A stretch of DNA of 64,000 nt from Candidatus Falkowbacteria bacterium. GTDB lineage: Bacteria > Patescibacteriota > Patescibacteriia > CAIXNZ01. A program made the translations under genes and the position numbers. Below are positions 30,391 through 43,330 of the stretch, piece by piece. How positions within the stretch are numbered: the stretch's first letter is position 1; each line of letters opens with the position of its first letter. The DNA is taken from NCBI GenBank assembly GCA_963774955.1, contig CAVZGV010000006.1:8354-72353 (forward strand), read 5' to 3'. Under the pieces are notes generated by a model that searched no databases, had not been told where the DNA came from, and saw nothing but the letters and a program-made list of their open reading frames with translations.

Positions 30391-31253
30391 TTATTTCTGA
30401 CACTTAGGACAATATGATGAAGTCCTGCCACCGATTTTAACCCGTTCAATCTTCCCTCCACACGAACATATTTCACCGTATTTACCATAAACTTTTAATT
30501 TTTCAGAATAACCGCCGCTTCTCCGTCAGCATTACGAAAATCGCGAAAAGTCGTACCCTGGGCTTTTATCGATGCCTGCAAAATACTTTTTATACCTTTA
30601 TAAATTAAACTTATTTCTTTTTCCTTCAAGTCTTTAACTTTACGAGTTGGACTTACTCGCGCGTAAAAACAAACTTCGTCGCTGTAAATATTCCCCACGC
30701 CGACAACAACCATTGGATCCATCAGAAACTTCTTTAATGGATTATTGGGACGTTTTTCCATCCAGGCTTTCAAGTATTTCAAAGTAAATTCCGGATTCAA
30801 AGGCTCAGCGCCTAATTTCATGTCTGCCAATTGTTTATTCAAGTTTTTTGCATCAAACAATCTAATCCAGCCAAATTTACGAATATCATTAAAATACAAA
30901 TGACTACTATCAGTAAAAATAATCGACGCATGAGTAAATTTATTGGGTAAGCAGTCATATCCCTGTTCAATCGGATGTCCGCCGACTACGCATTTTATCT
31001 TCTCGGCATAAACCAATTGTCCCGTCATTTTTAAATGAATTAAAAAATGCCAATCCTTAGTCAAATCAAGAATCAGCATTTTAGCCCGGCGCCTGACAGC
31101 TGTAATTTTAAGTCCTGGCAATAAACGCTGATAATCTTTTAACGGCTTATTTAGCATTTTCTGCCAATCACAACCAAAATCGGAAATTGTTTTTCCGATT
31201 ATACTTTTTTCCAACCCGCGCTTAATTGTTTCTACTTCAGGTAATTCCGGCAT
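30391..31253 (-). CDS. mutM: Formamidopyrimidine-DNA glycosylase; C-terminal Zn finger lies in another frame (frameshift near 30495-30520)
   Basis: MPELPEVE, HLKMTG, GVGNIYSDE; ...GGRTSSYCPKCQK stop at 30391. Confidence 0.9.
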
Positions 31254-31300
31254 AATAATTTAAATACTAATATTTAAATTAGTAACCTGAGTTCAAAGAC

Positions 31301-32899
31301 CTAAATCAAGGATGTTCCAGTCATTTCCTCTGGTTTTTTAACATCCATTATTTTTAAAATAGTCGGTGCCACATCCGCTAAAATTCCTGACGGCTGAACC
31401 AAACTCAAATCTCCACCCACAGTATCTGGCAAACCTATATTTTTGCCTTCCCATTCATTACCAATAATCAAAAATGGCACCGAATTTGTACTATGTTCCT
31501 TATCAATTTCACTGGTTTTAATATTTTGCAATTCTTCGGCGTTGCCATGATCAGCGGTGACTAAAACCACGCCGTTTTTACTTAAGGCCAGGGTAACAAT
31601 TTTCCCCAAACATTTATCAACCGTTTCCGCAGCCTTAATCGTTGCCTTCAAATCAGCAGTGTGGCCGACAATATCGGCATTGGCAAAATTTATCACGATA
31701 AAATCATATTTATTTTCTGTAATAGCCTTAATAACTTCATCGGTTACTTTCAGTGCGGACATTTCTGGTTTTTCAGCAAAAGACGCAACTCGAGGCGAAG
31801 GAATGACTATTCTGTCCTCACCCGGGAAAGGCTGTTCCATGCCCGCCATTAAAAAAATAAGTTACATGCGCGTATTTTTCTGTTTCCGCAATATGCAGCT
31901 GTTTTAATTTTGCATCGCTAATAACTTTGGCTAAAGGCATTATTAATTTCAAAAGGATAAAAGGCCACGGCATCCAAAGGCAAATCCTTATCATACAGAT
32001 ACATAGCGCAAAAAAATAAATTTTTAAAATCAGTTTTACGGTCAAACTTATTAAATTCAGGCAGAATAAAAGCTTCAGTTATCTGTCTGGCGCGATCTGA
32101 ACGAAAATTAAAAAATATGACCGCGTCCTTATCTTCAATTTTGGCAATCGGACTTGTCTTTTTCCATAATTACCGTGGGCACGAATTCCTCATCATAAAT
32201 TTTGCTTTTTCATATGAAATTTCAATCGCCTTTATCGGATCACTGAATTTGTTATCACTTTCACCCAGGACCATGGCCTTAAAAGCTTTTTCTGTTCTTT
32301 CCCAGTGATTATCACGATCCATGGCATAAAAACGGCCAGACAAAGTGGCAATTTTCGCATTAATTCCGATTTCCTTAATTTTAGCCAGCAATTCTTCAAC
32401 AAACCTTTTACCACTATTATAAATGGTATCTCGACCGTCCAAAAACGCATGGATATAAACTTCTTTTACTTTTTCCTTTTTGGCTAATTCCAATAAAGCG
32501 TATAAATGTTCTATATGCGAATGTACACCGCCGGAAGAAACCAAACCCATTAAATGCAATTTAGATTTATTTTTCTTAGCATGTTCAATCGCCTTTAAAA
32601 AAGCTTCATTTTTATAAAAATGAACCGTCAGTAATCGTTTTAGAAATTCGGGGACAAGTCTGATAAAAAATAAAACCGGCGCCCAAATTAGTATGGCCGA
32701 CTTCTGAATTACCGATTTCTCCCCAGGATAAACCGACTGAATCGCCTGAAGCCATCAAAGTCATGGCAGGATAGGTGGAGATATATTTTTTAATAATTCG
32801 GTAATTTTGCTCGCGTAAGGGCATTGCCCGGAGAATCAGGCGCCACGCCCCAGCCGTCCAAAATTATTAAAATTACCGGTTTATATTTTATTTAGGCAT
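31301..32899 (-). pseudogene. gpmI: 2,3-BPG-independent phosphoglycerate mutase copy A, multiply frameshifted (probably sequencing error)
   Basis: [52 protein letters not shown] in different frames. Confidence 0.85.
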
Positions 32900-32999
32900 G
32901 AATTTAAAGTTCAATATGAATTTAAAGCTAAATACTAATTAAGTTTAAATTTTTTAAACTTAAATTTGATTTTAACATTAATTATTTAAATTTAAATTT

Positions 33000-34561
33000 T
33001 GATTAATAAGACCTGTCATTTCTTTGGGCTTTTTAATTTTCAGCAGATCTAAAATAGTTGGCGCCACATCGCCAAAATCCCCTTTTTACTTTAATTTTAT
33101 TTTTTTCAAATCTTTATTTACCAAAATAAACGGCACCGGATTAGTACTATGTTCAGTATCAATTTCGCCTGTTTGCAAATTAATCATTTCCTCAACATTA
33201 CCGTGATCAGCGGTTATAATCATTGTGCCGCCCTTTTTACTTATAACCTTATAAATTTTCCCCAGAGATTTATCAATAAATTCAACCGCCTTAATTGCCG
33301 CTTTAAAATTGCCAGTATGCCCGATCATATCCGCATTAGGAAAATTAACCATAATAAAATCAAATTTATTTTTATTTAAATCATTGATAATGATCTTGGT
33401 TAACGGTAAAATTGACATCTGCGGATATTCTTCATAATTTTTCTTACCAGCAGAAGGAATCACCTGCCATTTTTCACCATTGACCGGCTTATTATGGCCG
33501 CCATTAAAAAAGTAAGTCACATGGGCGTATTTTTCCCTTTCTGATATATATAATTGCCTCAAATCCTTCAAACAATAAGGCAACGGATTTTCCACTGTTA
33601 TACTGGGAAAAGCAGTCAACACACTATCCAAATCCGGCCCAAAATCAGTTAAAGCCACAAATTTTAAATTCTTTAATACTTTTTTTCTTTTAAACTCCCC
33701 GATATTTTTACCTTCAAAATCTTTCTGGACAAAAGGCTTGGCCATTTGTCTGGCCCGGTCAGATCTTAAATTAAAAAATATTACCGAGTCATTATCTGCA
33801 ATAAATTTTGGCTTTTTTACCGGGTTTAAAATCACTGTCGGCGTAATAAATTCATCGGTTTCGCCGCGATTATATGCTTCGCTAATTGCTTTATAAGGAT
33901 TATCAGAAACAATACCCTCGCCTAAAACCATGGCATTGTAGGCCATTTCTGTGCGTTGCCAGCGTTTTATTCGATCCATGGCATAAAATCTGCCGATTAC
34001 CGTGGAAATAATTTCGTTATTCTGAAAATTATTTATCAATTTGCTAATTAAACGGGAAGCCGCGTGCGGAGAAGAATCACGGCCATCAGTAAATAAATGG
34101 AGATAAACACGTTCAAATTTCTGTTGCTTGAAAAATTTCAACAAGGCATAAAGATGTTCGGGATTAGAATGGGCACTTTGGCCGTTTGATAATAAACCCA
34201 TTAGATGCAGATTGGATTTATTTTCCTTGACATGGCGTATGGCTTCAAGCAAAGCCGTATTTTTATAGAAAGTTCCATCTTTGATAGTTTTCTGATACTG
34301 GACTGCATTCTTGCTGAACTATTCGTGCCAGCGCCTAAATTCATATGACCGGCTTCAGAATTACCATCCTGTCCCCTGGGCAGACCGACTTCCCTACCTG
34401 ACGCAATTAACTGAGTCTGGGGATAATGGCTGATTAAAAAAATCCCAATTCGGCAATTTAGCCACAGATATTGGGTTTGAAGCGCTGGCTGGCGCAATGC
34501 CCCAGCCATCCAGAATAACTAAAATAATCGGCAAAAAATTTATCTTTTTGGCCTGTTTCAT
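33000..34561 (-). pseudogene. gpmI: 2,3-BPG-independent phosphoglycerate mutase copy B, frameshifted (probably sequencing error); 3' end approximate
   Basis: [53 protein letters not shown]. Confidence 0.85.
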
Positions 34562-34600
34562 ATACTCTTATTTTAGCGCATTTTAAGATATTTTTCAAAT

Positions 34601-34697
34601 AAAAAAGACAAACCGTCCAATGGTCATTCAGAGCAACGCGTGGAATCCATGAAGTCCTGGATTCTTCGTTACACTCTTAATACGGTTTGTCTTTTTT
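34601..34697. terminator. eno terminator-like long stem with GTCATT-type repeat nested in the loop
   Basis: AAAAAAGACAAACCGT...ACGGTTTGTCTTTTTT flanking GTCATTCAGAGC...GAATCC..GGATTC. Confidence 0.6.
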
Positions 34698-34699
34698 TA

Positions 34700-35959
<1,260 letters not shown>

Positions 35960-35997
35960 AATTTTTTATTTGTCATTAATTATTTGTCTTTACCAGG

Positions 35998-36771
35998 CTA
36001 GTCCAATTCATAGACAACAGTGGCTGTAATTACAATATCCTGGCTGCCTGCCTCCACTGCCGGTGCAGCGGCGATACCACCGCCCATTTCTGCACCCTTG
36101 AAACTGGAATAATACGGTTGGGGCATATAACTGTCGCCTTCGCTGAAAGAAACAACCTTCCCAAGTTTTACGCCCATAACTTTAGCCAGATCATCAGCTT
36201 TTTGCTTGGCATTTTCCATGGCTTTAACCCTCGCTTCCTGTCGGTATTGTTCCGGCTCATCAATATTAAAAGATAACCCACCGATCTGATTCAGATTTAA
36301 ATCACCTGCCAACTTTAAGACATCGTCAACTTTATCAGTCTTACGTAATTTTACCTGCACTTCCTGATAAACCGTATAACTGCGCAATGTCTGTTTACCA
36401 TAATTATAATCGTAGTTAGGATAGATATTATAACTGCTGGTCTGAATATCCTTTTTCTCAATATCAAGACCTTTAAGTTTTTCTATTAAAGAATTCATAG
36501 TCTTGGTATTTTCTGTTTGAGCATCTGCGACTTTAGCCTTTTCCACGGATAAACCCAAGGTAACAAAAGCAATATCAGGAATAACCGTTACTTTGCCTTC
36601 GCCGCTGATGCTGATAGTTCTTTGGATATCAGTACTTTTACCGATGTAGTAATTTTGTTTATACAAATTGCGTGTCCAAAAAATAAAACCGAAAATGAGC
36701 ACGACCAGTAAAATTGCCAGGATAACGGCAAAGACTGGATTTTCCTTGAGTTTTGGCCAGAAAGAGTTCAT
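35998..36771 (-). CDS. SIMPL domain (DUF541) protein
   Basis: TISISGEGKV..PD, DIQTS.Y.IYP, A..NAK.KA..LA...G..LG. Confidence 0.88.
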   Translation of the reverse strand: MNSFWPKLKENPVFAVILAILLVVLIFGFIFWTRNLYKQNYYIGKSTDIQRTISISGEGKVTVIPDIAFVTLGLSVEKAKVADAQTENTKTMNSLIEKLKGLDIEKKDIQTSSYNIYPNYDYNYGKQTLRSYTVYQEVQVKLRKTDKVDDVLKLAGDLNLNQIGGLSFNIDEPEQYRQEARVKAMENAKQKADDLAKVMGVKLGKVVSFSEGDSYMPQPYYSSFKGAEMGGGIAAAPAVEAGSQDIVITATVVYELD

Positions 36772-36788
36772 ATGTTTTAAAGGTTAAT

Positions 36789-36861
36789 TGAACCACGAAA
36801 TTTTAATCACGAAATTACACGAAATATTTTCGTGCTTTTTGTGTAAATTTTTTGTGGTTCA
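36789..36861. repeat. Hairpin element built of CACGAAA repeats (copy 2)
   Basis: TGAACCACGAAA...CACGAAA...TTTCGTG...GTGGTTCA. Confidence 0.7.
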
Positions 36862-36939
36862 GGCTTCTTTATTAATTAGTTTATATAATACATTACGCAA
36901 ATTTTATATAAAGGTAACGTTTTCGTGTCTAATAAATAA

Positions 36940-37161
36940 TTATTTCTGAATCTCACTGACAATTTTCAAAATCTTTCCAACCATTTTTTTCTGATACCCC
37001 ATCCTGGCCAACATTTCCTTAACTAAACTATCAAGTTCTTCATCAGCGATACTGATCACGATGGTATCGCATACATAAGGAGAATCCTCCGGGTTCAAAA
37101 GCTCCCTTATCTCTGATAATTTGTTTTCAATTTTATCCAAATGATCAAGGTTCATATCCAA
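36940..37161 (-). CDS. Small hypothetical protein
   Basis: 73-aa ORF abutting the pgk stop. Confidence 0.55.
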   Translation of the reverse strand: MDMNLDHLDKIENKLSEIRELLNPEDSPYVCDTIVISIADEELDSLVKEMLARMGYQKKMVGKILKIVSEIQK

Positions 37162-38349
37162 TTACTTTCTCAATGGTTTTAGGCCAGGCAATACTTTACC
37201 TTCCAGAAATTCCAGCATAGCACCGCCGGCAGTAGACACATAATCAGGCCAGCTGTTTAAATGCAGTTTATTCAAGACAGCTAGAGTCTCACCACCGCCC
37301 ACTACTCCGAAAGCAGCCCCCTTGGCATGAGCAGCGACTTTATGGCAAATATAATTCGAGCCGTGATTAAAAGGCTCGGTTTCAAAAACGCCCATCGGAC
37401 CGTTCCAGATCAATGTTTTGGAGCTATGGATAAGACCTTCATAATAATTCTCGGTCTTTGGCCCAATATCCGCAATCTGAAAATTCTTCTGAGTTTTCAA
37501 CTGCTCCAATTTTACACTTTTTGTCTTGGCGCCGGCCTTAATCTTTTTGGTAATAATAACATCAAGCGGCAGGACAAGCTTATCCTTAGCCTTAGCGAGT
37601 AAATTTTTCGCCATGGTCACATAATCTTTTTCAAAAACTGAATTGCCGATATTCAAACCTTTGGCTTTGAAAAAATTATTAGCCAAAGCACCGCCGATCA
37701 GTATATGGTCATAACGTTTTAACAAGTTTTCAATAACTTTAATTTTTGTAGAAATCTTAACACCGCCGATAATAGCAATGGCCGGTCTTTTAAAACCGCT
37801 CAATAATTTACTCAAATTCTCCACCTCATTGGCGAGGTTCAGGCCGGCATAAGCTGGTAAATACCTGGTAATACCGGCAACTGAGGCATGGGCGCGATGG
37901 CAGACTGAAAAAGCTTCATTGACATATATATCAGCCAAATTAGCCAGTTCCCTAGCGAATTTGAGGTCATTTTTTTCCTCACCCGGATTAAAACGCAAAT
38001 TTTCCAAAAGCAAAATTTGCCCTGATTTTAATTTTTTAACCTGGGTCTGAACCTGTTCACCAATACAGTCAGATGCAAAAGTTACTTTTTTCTTGCCTCG
38101 GCTGTCCAGAAAATATGCAATTGGTTTTAAGCTTAATTCTTTAACATACTTGCCGTCCGGACTGCCCAGATGGGACATTAGAATAACTTTAGCCTTTTTT
38201 TTGACCAAATAATTAATGGTAGCAAAACTGCGTTCAATTCTTTCAGCTTCCAAAATTTTGCCGTGTTTAAGCGCGACATTATAATCAACGCGCACCAAAA
38301 CTGTTTTGTTTTTTAGATTCTTAAGTTGTAAAATTGATTTTAGTTTCAT
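37162..38349 (-). CDS. pgk: Phosphoglycerate kinase
   Basis: VLVRVDYNV, SHLG.P, LLENLRF, HRAHAS, WNGPMGVFE, STAGGA.LEFLEG. Confidence 0.97.
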   Translation of the reverse strand: MKLKSILQLKNLKNKTVLVRVDYNVALKHGKILEAERIERSFATINYLVKKKAKVILMSHLGSPDGKYVKELSLKPIAYFLDSRGKKKVTFASDCIGEQVQTQVKKLKSGQILLLENLRFNPGEEKNDLKFARELANLADIYVNEAFSVCHRAHASVAGITRYLPAYAGLNLANEVENLSKLLSGFKRPAIAIIGGVKISTKIKVIENLLKRYDHILIGGALANNFFKAKGLNIGNSVFEKDYVTMAKNLLAKAKDKLVLPLDVIITKKIKAGAKTKSVKLEQLKTQKNFQIADIGPKTENYYEGLIHSSKTLIWNGPMGVFETEPFNHGSNYICHKVAAHAKGAAFGVVGGGETLAVLNKLHLNSWPDYVSTAGGAMLEFLEGKVLPGLKPLRK

Positions 38350-38392
38350 ACTTATATATTATAACAAATTATTAGCAAATAAAAAAATCCCC

Positions 38393-39106
38393 CTAATTCT
38401 CATCATTATCTACTTTTTCCCATTTACCGTTTTTATATTCGGCTATCCAAATATCTTTTCCAGGTTTATATTTACTGATTATGGTATGCAACGGCCCCGA
38501 AACCTTACCTGAACCTCCCAGCCTATAGTCGTAATGATAATCAAGACCAACAACCCCCAATTCTAGACTGATCAAATCTCCTCGTTCATTAATAACTTTT
38601 TGTATTACAAAAAAGTCTTCAGGTTCTACTTCTGGGCAAAATTGATAAAACTTATCCATTATTATTTGTTCACTCTGAATAGGCCCGTCAGATTCTCGAG
38701 CCTGAAAATCTTCATTAGCAATGACCTGCGATTTTTTATTTTCCGGCAGGGCAATGATTATTTTCTGTTCTTCTAACATTTTCAAAATATTATTTCTAAC
38801 CAAACTATTATCAACATAATCTTTGTCTGTCTCTTCTGCCAGCTCTTTGATTTTTTCTGACTGTTTATCTTTCAATCTTTTATCCTTTTTCCAAACTGAC
38901 ACTAAATCTTTTAACTCCTGATAAATTTTAACAGCTTTAAGCGTATCACCCACCTTTTCAGCTTTGACCGCCTCATCAATCGAGTCATTGAGTATTTTAT
39001 GCTGTTCCGGCGTCAAATCCATTTCCTTAACCCGACCCAAAACCTGCCTGGCCATGGCTAAGACCGGTGGTTCTTGTTTTTCTGGTTGTTCTAAAAATTT
39101 AGTCAT
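38393..39106 (-). CDS. Array member 1: shared N-module plus unknown 'type A' domain
   Basis: LAMARQVLGRVKEMDLTPEQ; NERGDLISLELG...IAEY..GKW. Confidence 0.85.
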   Translation of the reverse strand: MTKFLEQPEKQEPPVLAMARQVLGRVKEMDLTPEQHKILNDSIDEAVKAEKVGDTLKAVKIYQELKDLVSVWKKDKRLKDKQSEKIKELAEETDKDYVDNSLVRNNILKMLEEQKIIIALPENKKSQVIANEDFQARESDGPIQSEQIIMDKFYQFCPEVEPEDFFVIQKVINERGDLISLELGVVGLDYHYDYRLGGSGKVSGPLHTIISKYKPGKDIWIAEYKNGKWEKVDNDEN

Positions 39107-39117
39107 AACAATAATTC

Positions 39118-39882
39118 TTATACTATTTGTATAGATTTACCGGTCTTTGTCAGCCAACACCTCTGAGCATCATTCCAACCAACTATTATTTTGGAAAAAC
39201 CAATTGTAGCCGGCCTAACTTCAATATTTAAATCTTGCAGGTCAATAAAAGTCTCATCCGAGAAATGATTGCCTTTGTGATTTTCACCGGCTGCATGATA
39301 ACCATAACTGATTTCTGGATCACCGACTTTGCCAATCTCTAAGTTAATAATTCTCCCCTTTTTATCTTTCGTGCCGTCATAAACAAAAAGATCTTCGGCA
39401 TTAACTTCTTCGTCTGCCGCGAGAATTACCCTAAGAATTTGTTCGGCAGTAAATTGACGTTCTAATGACAGATTATAAACTCCTTCATAAGGGATAATTA
39501 TTTCATCTGCTGTCTTTTCCAGATCAATTATTTGCTGCCTCATGGCTAAAACTAAATCCTGCCGCTTTTCTTCATTCAAGGAATCATCAACAATTGCTTC
39601 TGCTATCGCCTTATTGACCTTTTCAATTTGCCTTTCTTTTAATCCCTCATAATTCGGCCTTGCCGTTATGACCTCTAAATATTTTTTTAATTGATTGTAA
39701 ATATTAATGGCTTTAGACAAGTTCTTTGATTGTTCATAATCTCGAGCTTCCTCAATCATGGCCATAACTTTTTTATTCTGTTCCGGCGTCAGATCCATTT
39801 CCCTGACCAGACCTAAAGCAGTCCTGGCCATGGCCAGGGATTGAACTTCAGGACTATTTGATTGGGGTTTTTCTTTGGGCAT
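39118..39882 (-). CDS. Array member 2: shared N-module plus type A domain
   Basis: LAMARTALGLVREMDLTPEQ; DKKGRIINLEIG..GDP. Confidence 0.85.
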   Translation of the reverse strand: MPKEKPQSNSPEVQSLAMARTALGLVREMDLTPEQNKKVMAMIEEARDYEQSKNLSKAINIYNQLKKYLEVITARPNYEGLKERQIEKVNKAIAEAIVDDSLNEEKRQDLVLAMRQQIIDLEKTADEIIIPYEGVYNLSLERQFTAEQILRVILAADEEVNAEDLFVYDGTKDKKGRIINLEIGKVGDPEISYGYHAAGENHKGNHFSDETFIDLQDLNIEVRPATIGFSKIIVGWNDAQRCWLTKTGKSIQIV

Positions 39883-39910
39883 AAATTAAGATAAAACTTA
39901 TATCCATTAT

Positions 39911-40690
39911 TTACTGTAACGGAAACTCCCAACTATTTGAGTTTTCGTCATATTTAGCTATAACTTGGCCGGATTTTTGTCCACGATTATTGGAATACAC
40001 AATTCTTATAATGTTTGTATCCCCGCGGTCAATTGCCACATTTGTCTTCAAACCAGCCAAACTGAAAAAATATTCAACATCAGGAATACCGGCTAATCCC
40101 AATTTGAGCGTCAACAACTTCCCGTCTTTATCTTCTGTTCTTTCTTGTAAGAATAAAGTTTCTGCTGTACTTTCTTTTAAAGATGTAGTCTCTTCTATTG
40201 AATCCTCATTTTTTGAAATAACAGCGGCTATTTCTTTCTCAGAAAAAAATATTGCAGTATCCAGGTGGATATCTTCTTCAGCTATAACTTTTGTCTTCCC
40301 CTGACTCGGTGTCATTATAATATTTTTCTGTTCTTCCAGCGCCTCCCACAGTACAAGTTTATTAATAGACCATCGGGCTCTGGGCATAGACTCTATTTCA
40401 TTCATTTCAGCATCAATTATTTCCAGCTGTTTTTTTATTTTTTCGGGATTCGCCTCAATTCTATCAGTAGGTACCTCGTTTATCTTCTGCAGATATTTTT
40501 TCAGCTCCAAATAAAAGTTTAAAGCTTTACTTTGATTGCCCCCATTTTCTGCAGCCGTAGCTTCCTCAATCATAGCCATGACTTTTTCTTTTTGTTCCGG
40601 CGTCAGCTCCATTTCTTTCACCCGACCCAAAGCCTGCCTAGCCATTTCCAGCTCTTGTTTTTTATCAATTTTTGGCTGTTCTCGTTTCAT
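39911..40690 (-). CDS. Array member 3: shared N-module plus type A domain
   Basis: LEMARQALGRVKEMELTPEQ; DKDGKLLTLKLG..GIP.VEY. Confidence 0.85.
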   Translation of the reverse strand: MKREQPKIDKKQELEMARQALGRVKEMELTPEQKEKVMAMIEEATAAENGGNQSKALNFYLELKKYLQKINEVPTDRIEANPEKIKKQLEIIDAEMNEIESMPRARWSINKLVLWEALEEQKNIIMTPSQGKTKVIAEEDIHLDTAIFFSEKEIAAVISKNEDSIEETTSLKESTAETLFLQERTEDKDGKLLTLKLGLAGIPDVEYFFSLAGLKTNVAIDRGDTNIIRIVYSNNRGQKSGQVIAKYDENSNSWEFPLQ

Positions 40691-40710
40691 AATTTATAAC
40701 TTTATACTTA

Positions 40711-42174
40711 TTATATTACCTCCTCATCTTCTTCCTCATCAGTAGCTTCTGTATCAAATACCTTACATCCGATAGGCACCTGCTGATGAATTTTTTCAAG
40801 TTCACTGTCTGATAACTTATTATTATAGCAGGTCACTCTTTCCAAATTGATTAAATTGCTTAAATCCGGCAGAAATTCCAATTCATTGTTTGGACAATTT
40901 AATTCTTTAAGCTTAGTCAACTCTGATAAATCCGGCAATTTTTTAAGCTTATTTTTTCCGCAATGTAATTGCACCAAATTTTTCAAAGCTGAAAGTTTTG
41001 GCAAACTTTCCAGGTGATTACCAATGCAGTTCAAATTCTTAAGATTCTTAAAACCGCTTAAATCCGGCAGACTTGCTAATTCATTGTCTGCGCAAACTAA
41101 AAGCTCTAACTCCGCTAAATGGCTGATATCCGGCATTACAGTCAAATTATTATGAGTGCACCATAAAATTCTAAGCTTAGTTAAAGCGCTAATATCCGGT
41201 ATTAGAGGACAATAATCACAAGTCAAATCTTCAAGATTTTTCAGCTGGCCAAGATCAGGAGCAACCTTAAAAGGATTTTTTGAAATTTCTATTGCTTTTA
41301 ACTGGGTTAAGGCGCTTAAATCGGGCAATTCAGCGAGATTATTACTCCCAATGTCTAAGCTTTCCAGGCCGGTAAAGACTCTTAGATCAGGCAAGCTTGC
41401 CAGTAAGTTACCGTGCAGGTCTAAGCTTTTAAGCTTAGTCAAGGCGCTTAAATCCGGAATGGTAATGAGGCCTTTTTTCACAACAGTATTAATATCTTCA
41501 TCTTTAGTTAACGCAAACAAATTAATCTTCAACCAGGTGATATTACCTTCGGAATCAGTATTAATTCCTGCTTCAATTATTTCCCAAATTTCATCACTGT
41601 CAGTACGTAATTCAGTTTTCAATTTAATATCAACAAGTTTTTCTTGTATCTCATATAAAACACAAAATTGCCGATATAAAACCCTGTATTCGCCTAATTC
41701 CATCTGCAATTTTGGTAACTTTGTCAGAAAATCACCCGATTCAATATTTTTATCGTATAATTTTATTAGTATAATATTGCCATCTTCATCGACTTCCAGC
41801 CCATTATCCAATATTATATTTACTGCCTCCTTTTCTGTCATACCTATCGAAGTTTTCACCATATTTGCTGCCAACTCCTGTAAAACCTGGACTTGCGGAT
41901 ATAAAATCTGATAGCCGCCGTAATCTACTAAAGTTGCCTCCATTTTACTCGCCATTTCATTTTCTTTTAGGGATCTGAGAAGCTCATTATATACTCTTAA
42001 AGCGCCGGCTAAATTTTTATTTTTCTCTAGTGCCTTGGCCTCGTCTATCATGGCCATTACTTTTTCCTTTTCGTCAGGAGTCAGCTCCATTTCCTTAACC
42101 CGACCCAAAGTACGCCTGGCCATGGCCAGGGACTGAGCTTCTTGATTGTTTAATTGCGGTTTTTCCTTAGGCAT
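40711..42174 (-). CDS. Array member 4: shared N-module plus leucine-rich repeats
   Basis: N-module; about ten 22-aa LPDLSxLxxLxxLxCxxNxL repeats. Confidence 0.9.
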   Translation of the reverse strand: MPKEKPQLNNQEAQSLAMARRTLGRVKEMELTPDEKEKVMAMIDEAKALEKNKNLAGALRVYNELLRSLKENEMASKMEATLVDYGGYQILYPQVQVLQELAANMVKTSIGMTEKEAVNIILDNGLEVDEDGNIILIKLYDKNIESGDFLTKLPKLQMELGEYRVLYRQFCVLYEIQEKLVDIKLKTELRTDSDEIWEIIEAGINTDSEGNITWLKINLFALTKDEDINTVVKKGLITIPDLSALTKLKSLDLHGNLLASLPDLRVFTGLESLDIGSNNLAELPDLSALTQLKAIEISKNPFKVAPDLGQLKNLEDLTCDYCPLIPDISALTKLRILWCTHNNLTVMPDISHLAELELLVCADNELASLPDLSGFKNLKNLNCIGNHLESLPKLSALKNLVQLHCGKNKLKKLPDLSELTKLKELNCPNNELEFLPDLSNLINLERVTCYNNKLSDSELEKIHQQVPIGCKVFDTEATDEEEDEEVI

Positions 42175-42200
42175 ATATAATTTTAGACAATTTTAACCCA

Positions 42201-43325
42201 CTAAACTTTACCGTCAGCTTTTAATTTATTCCAGACTCCAATCATGCTTGGCGGACCGACCAGACAATGGATCAGTTCAGCCACCTCGCCTACAGACAAT
42301 TGGTCGGGATCTTTTTTTGCCTGCAAACGCCATTGCCAAGCTTTGTCGCTATTGACGTAAGCCAGACTATGCAATATCTCAACAGGATATCGTGTAATCT
42401 CCTTATTACGCTTATTTATCGGATATTCTTGCAAATATGTTGACCTGAATTTCCAGGCATCTTCGCTATCCAAGCCAACCAAACTGGTAAGTATTTCCTG
42501 CGGATTTTTCCTTTCTGCCAACATCTGACGCCGTATTTGCCAGGCTCTCTCGCTGTCCAAACCGGCTAAACTAGCTATTACCGCTTTGGGTAAAGACCCT
42601 ACATATTCGTTTCTTATTTTCCAGGCTTGCGGCGTGTCCAAACCGGCCAATCCCTCAATAATTTTACTTTTAATATTCTCACTGCAGGCGTCACTTTCTA
42701 AATAATCATTCCTATGGTTCCAAGCCTGGGGTGAATCGATTCCCGCCAAACTCATGGCAAATTTTATATCATATGAATCGGGAGAAGAAAATAATTCTTT
42801 TCGTTTTAACCAAGCTTTTTCACTATCCAAACCAGCCAGACTATTTGCATAATCAAGAGAGCCTTCCAATTTGTTTCGCAATTCCCAGGATTCCTCATCA
42901 TCCAGACCAACCAGACTTTTTATAACAGATCTTCTATCAATCTCCTCGTCACTTTTGGCATATTTCCTTCTGATTTCCCAAGCTTGTTCACTCTCAAATC
43001 CCATAATTTTTGATAATACACTATATTGGGACAATTTATATTTAAGCTGTAAATCAGCCAAAAAAGAAATCACCCGCTGTTCATATTCATAGGGCATTTC
43101 CGGGCTTTTTATTTTTTCCAAATATATTTTTAATTTATTGTAGGCATTAAGCGCTTTAGACAGCTGTTTAACCTTTTCATATCCCTTAGCTTCATCAATC
43201 ATAGCCATGACTTTTCCCTTTTCCTCCGGTGTCAAATCCATTTCCTTGACCCGACCCAAAGTCTGCCTGGCCATGTCCAGGGCTTGAGATTCAGGACTAT
43301 TTGATTGAAGTTTTTCTTTGGGCAT
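42201..43325 (-). CDS. Array member 5: shared N-module plus degenerate GLDSxxAW helical repeats
   Basis: N-module; about 8 LAGLDSxxAWxxR units. Confidence 0.88.
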   Translation of the reverse strand: MPKEKLQSNSPESQALDMARQTLGRVKEMDLTPEEKGKVMAMIDEAKGYEKVKQLSKALNAYNKLKIYLEKIKSPEMPYEYEQRVISFLADLQLKYKLSQYSVLSKIMGFESEQAWEIRRKYAKSDEEIDRRSVIKSLVGLDDEESWELRNKLEGSLDYANSLAGLDSEKAWLKRKELFSSPDSYDIKFAMSLAGIDSPQAWNHRNDYLESDACSENIKSKIIEGLAGLDTPQAWKIRNEYVGSLPKAVIASLAGLDSERAWQIRRQMLAERKNPQEILTSLVGLDSEDAWKFRSTYLQEYPINKRNKEITRYPVEILHSLAYVNSDKAWQWRLQAKKDPDQLSVGEVAELIHCLVGPPSMIGVWNKLKADGKV

Positions 43326-43330
43326 ATTTA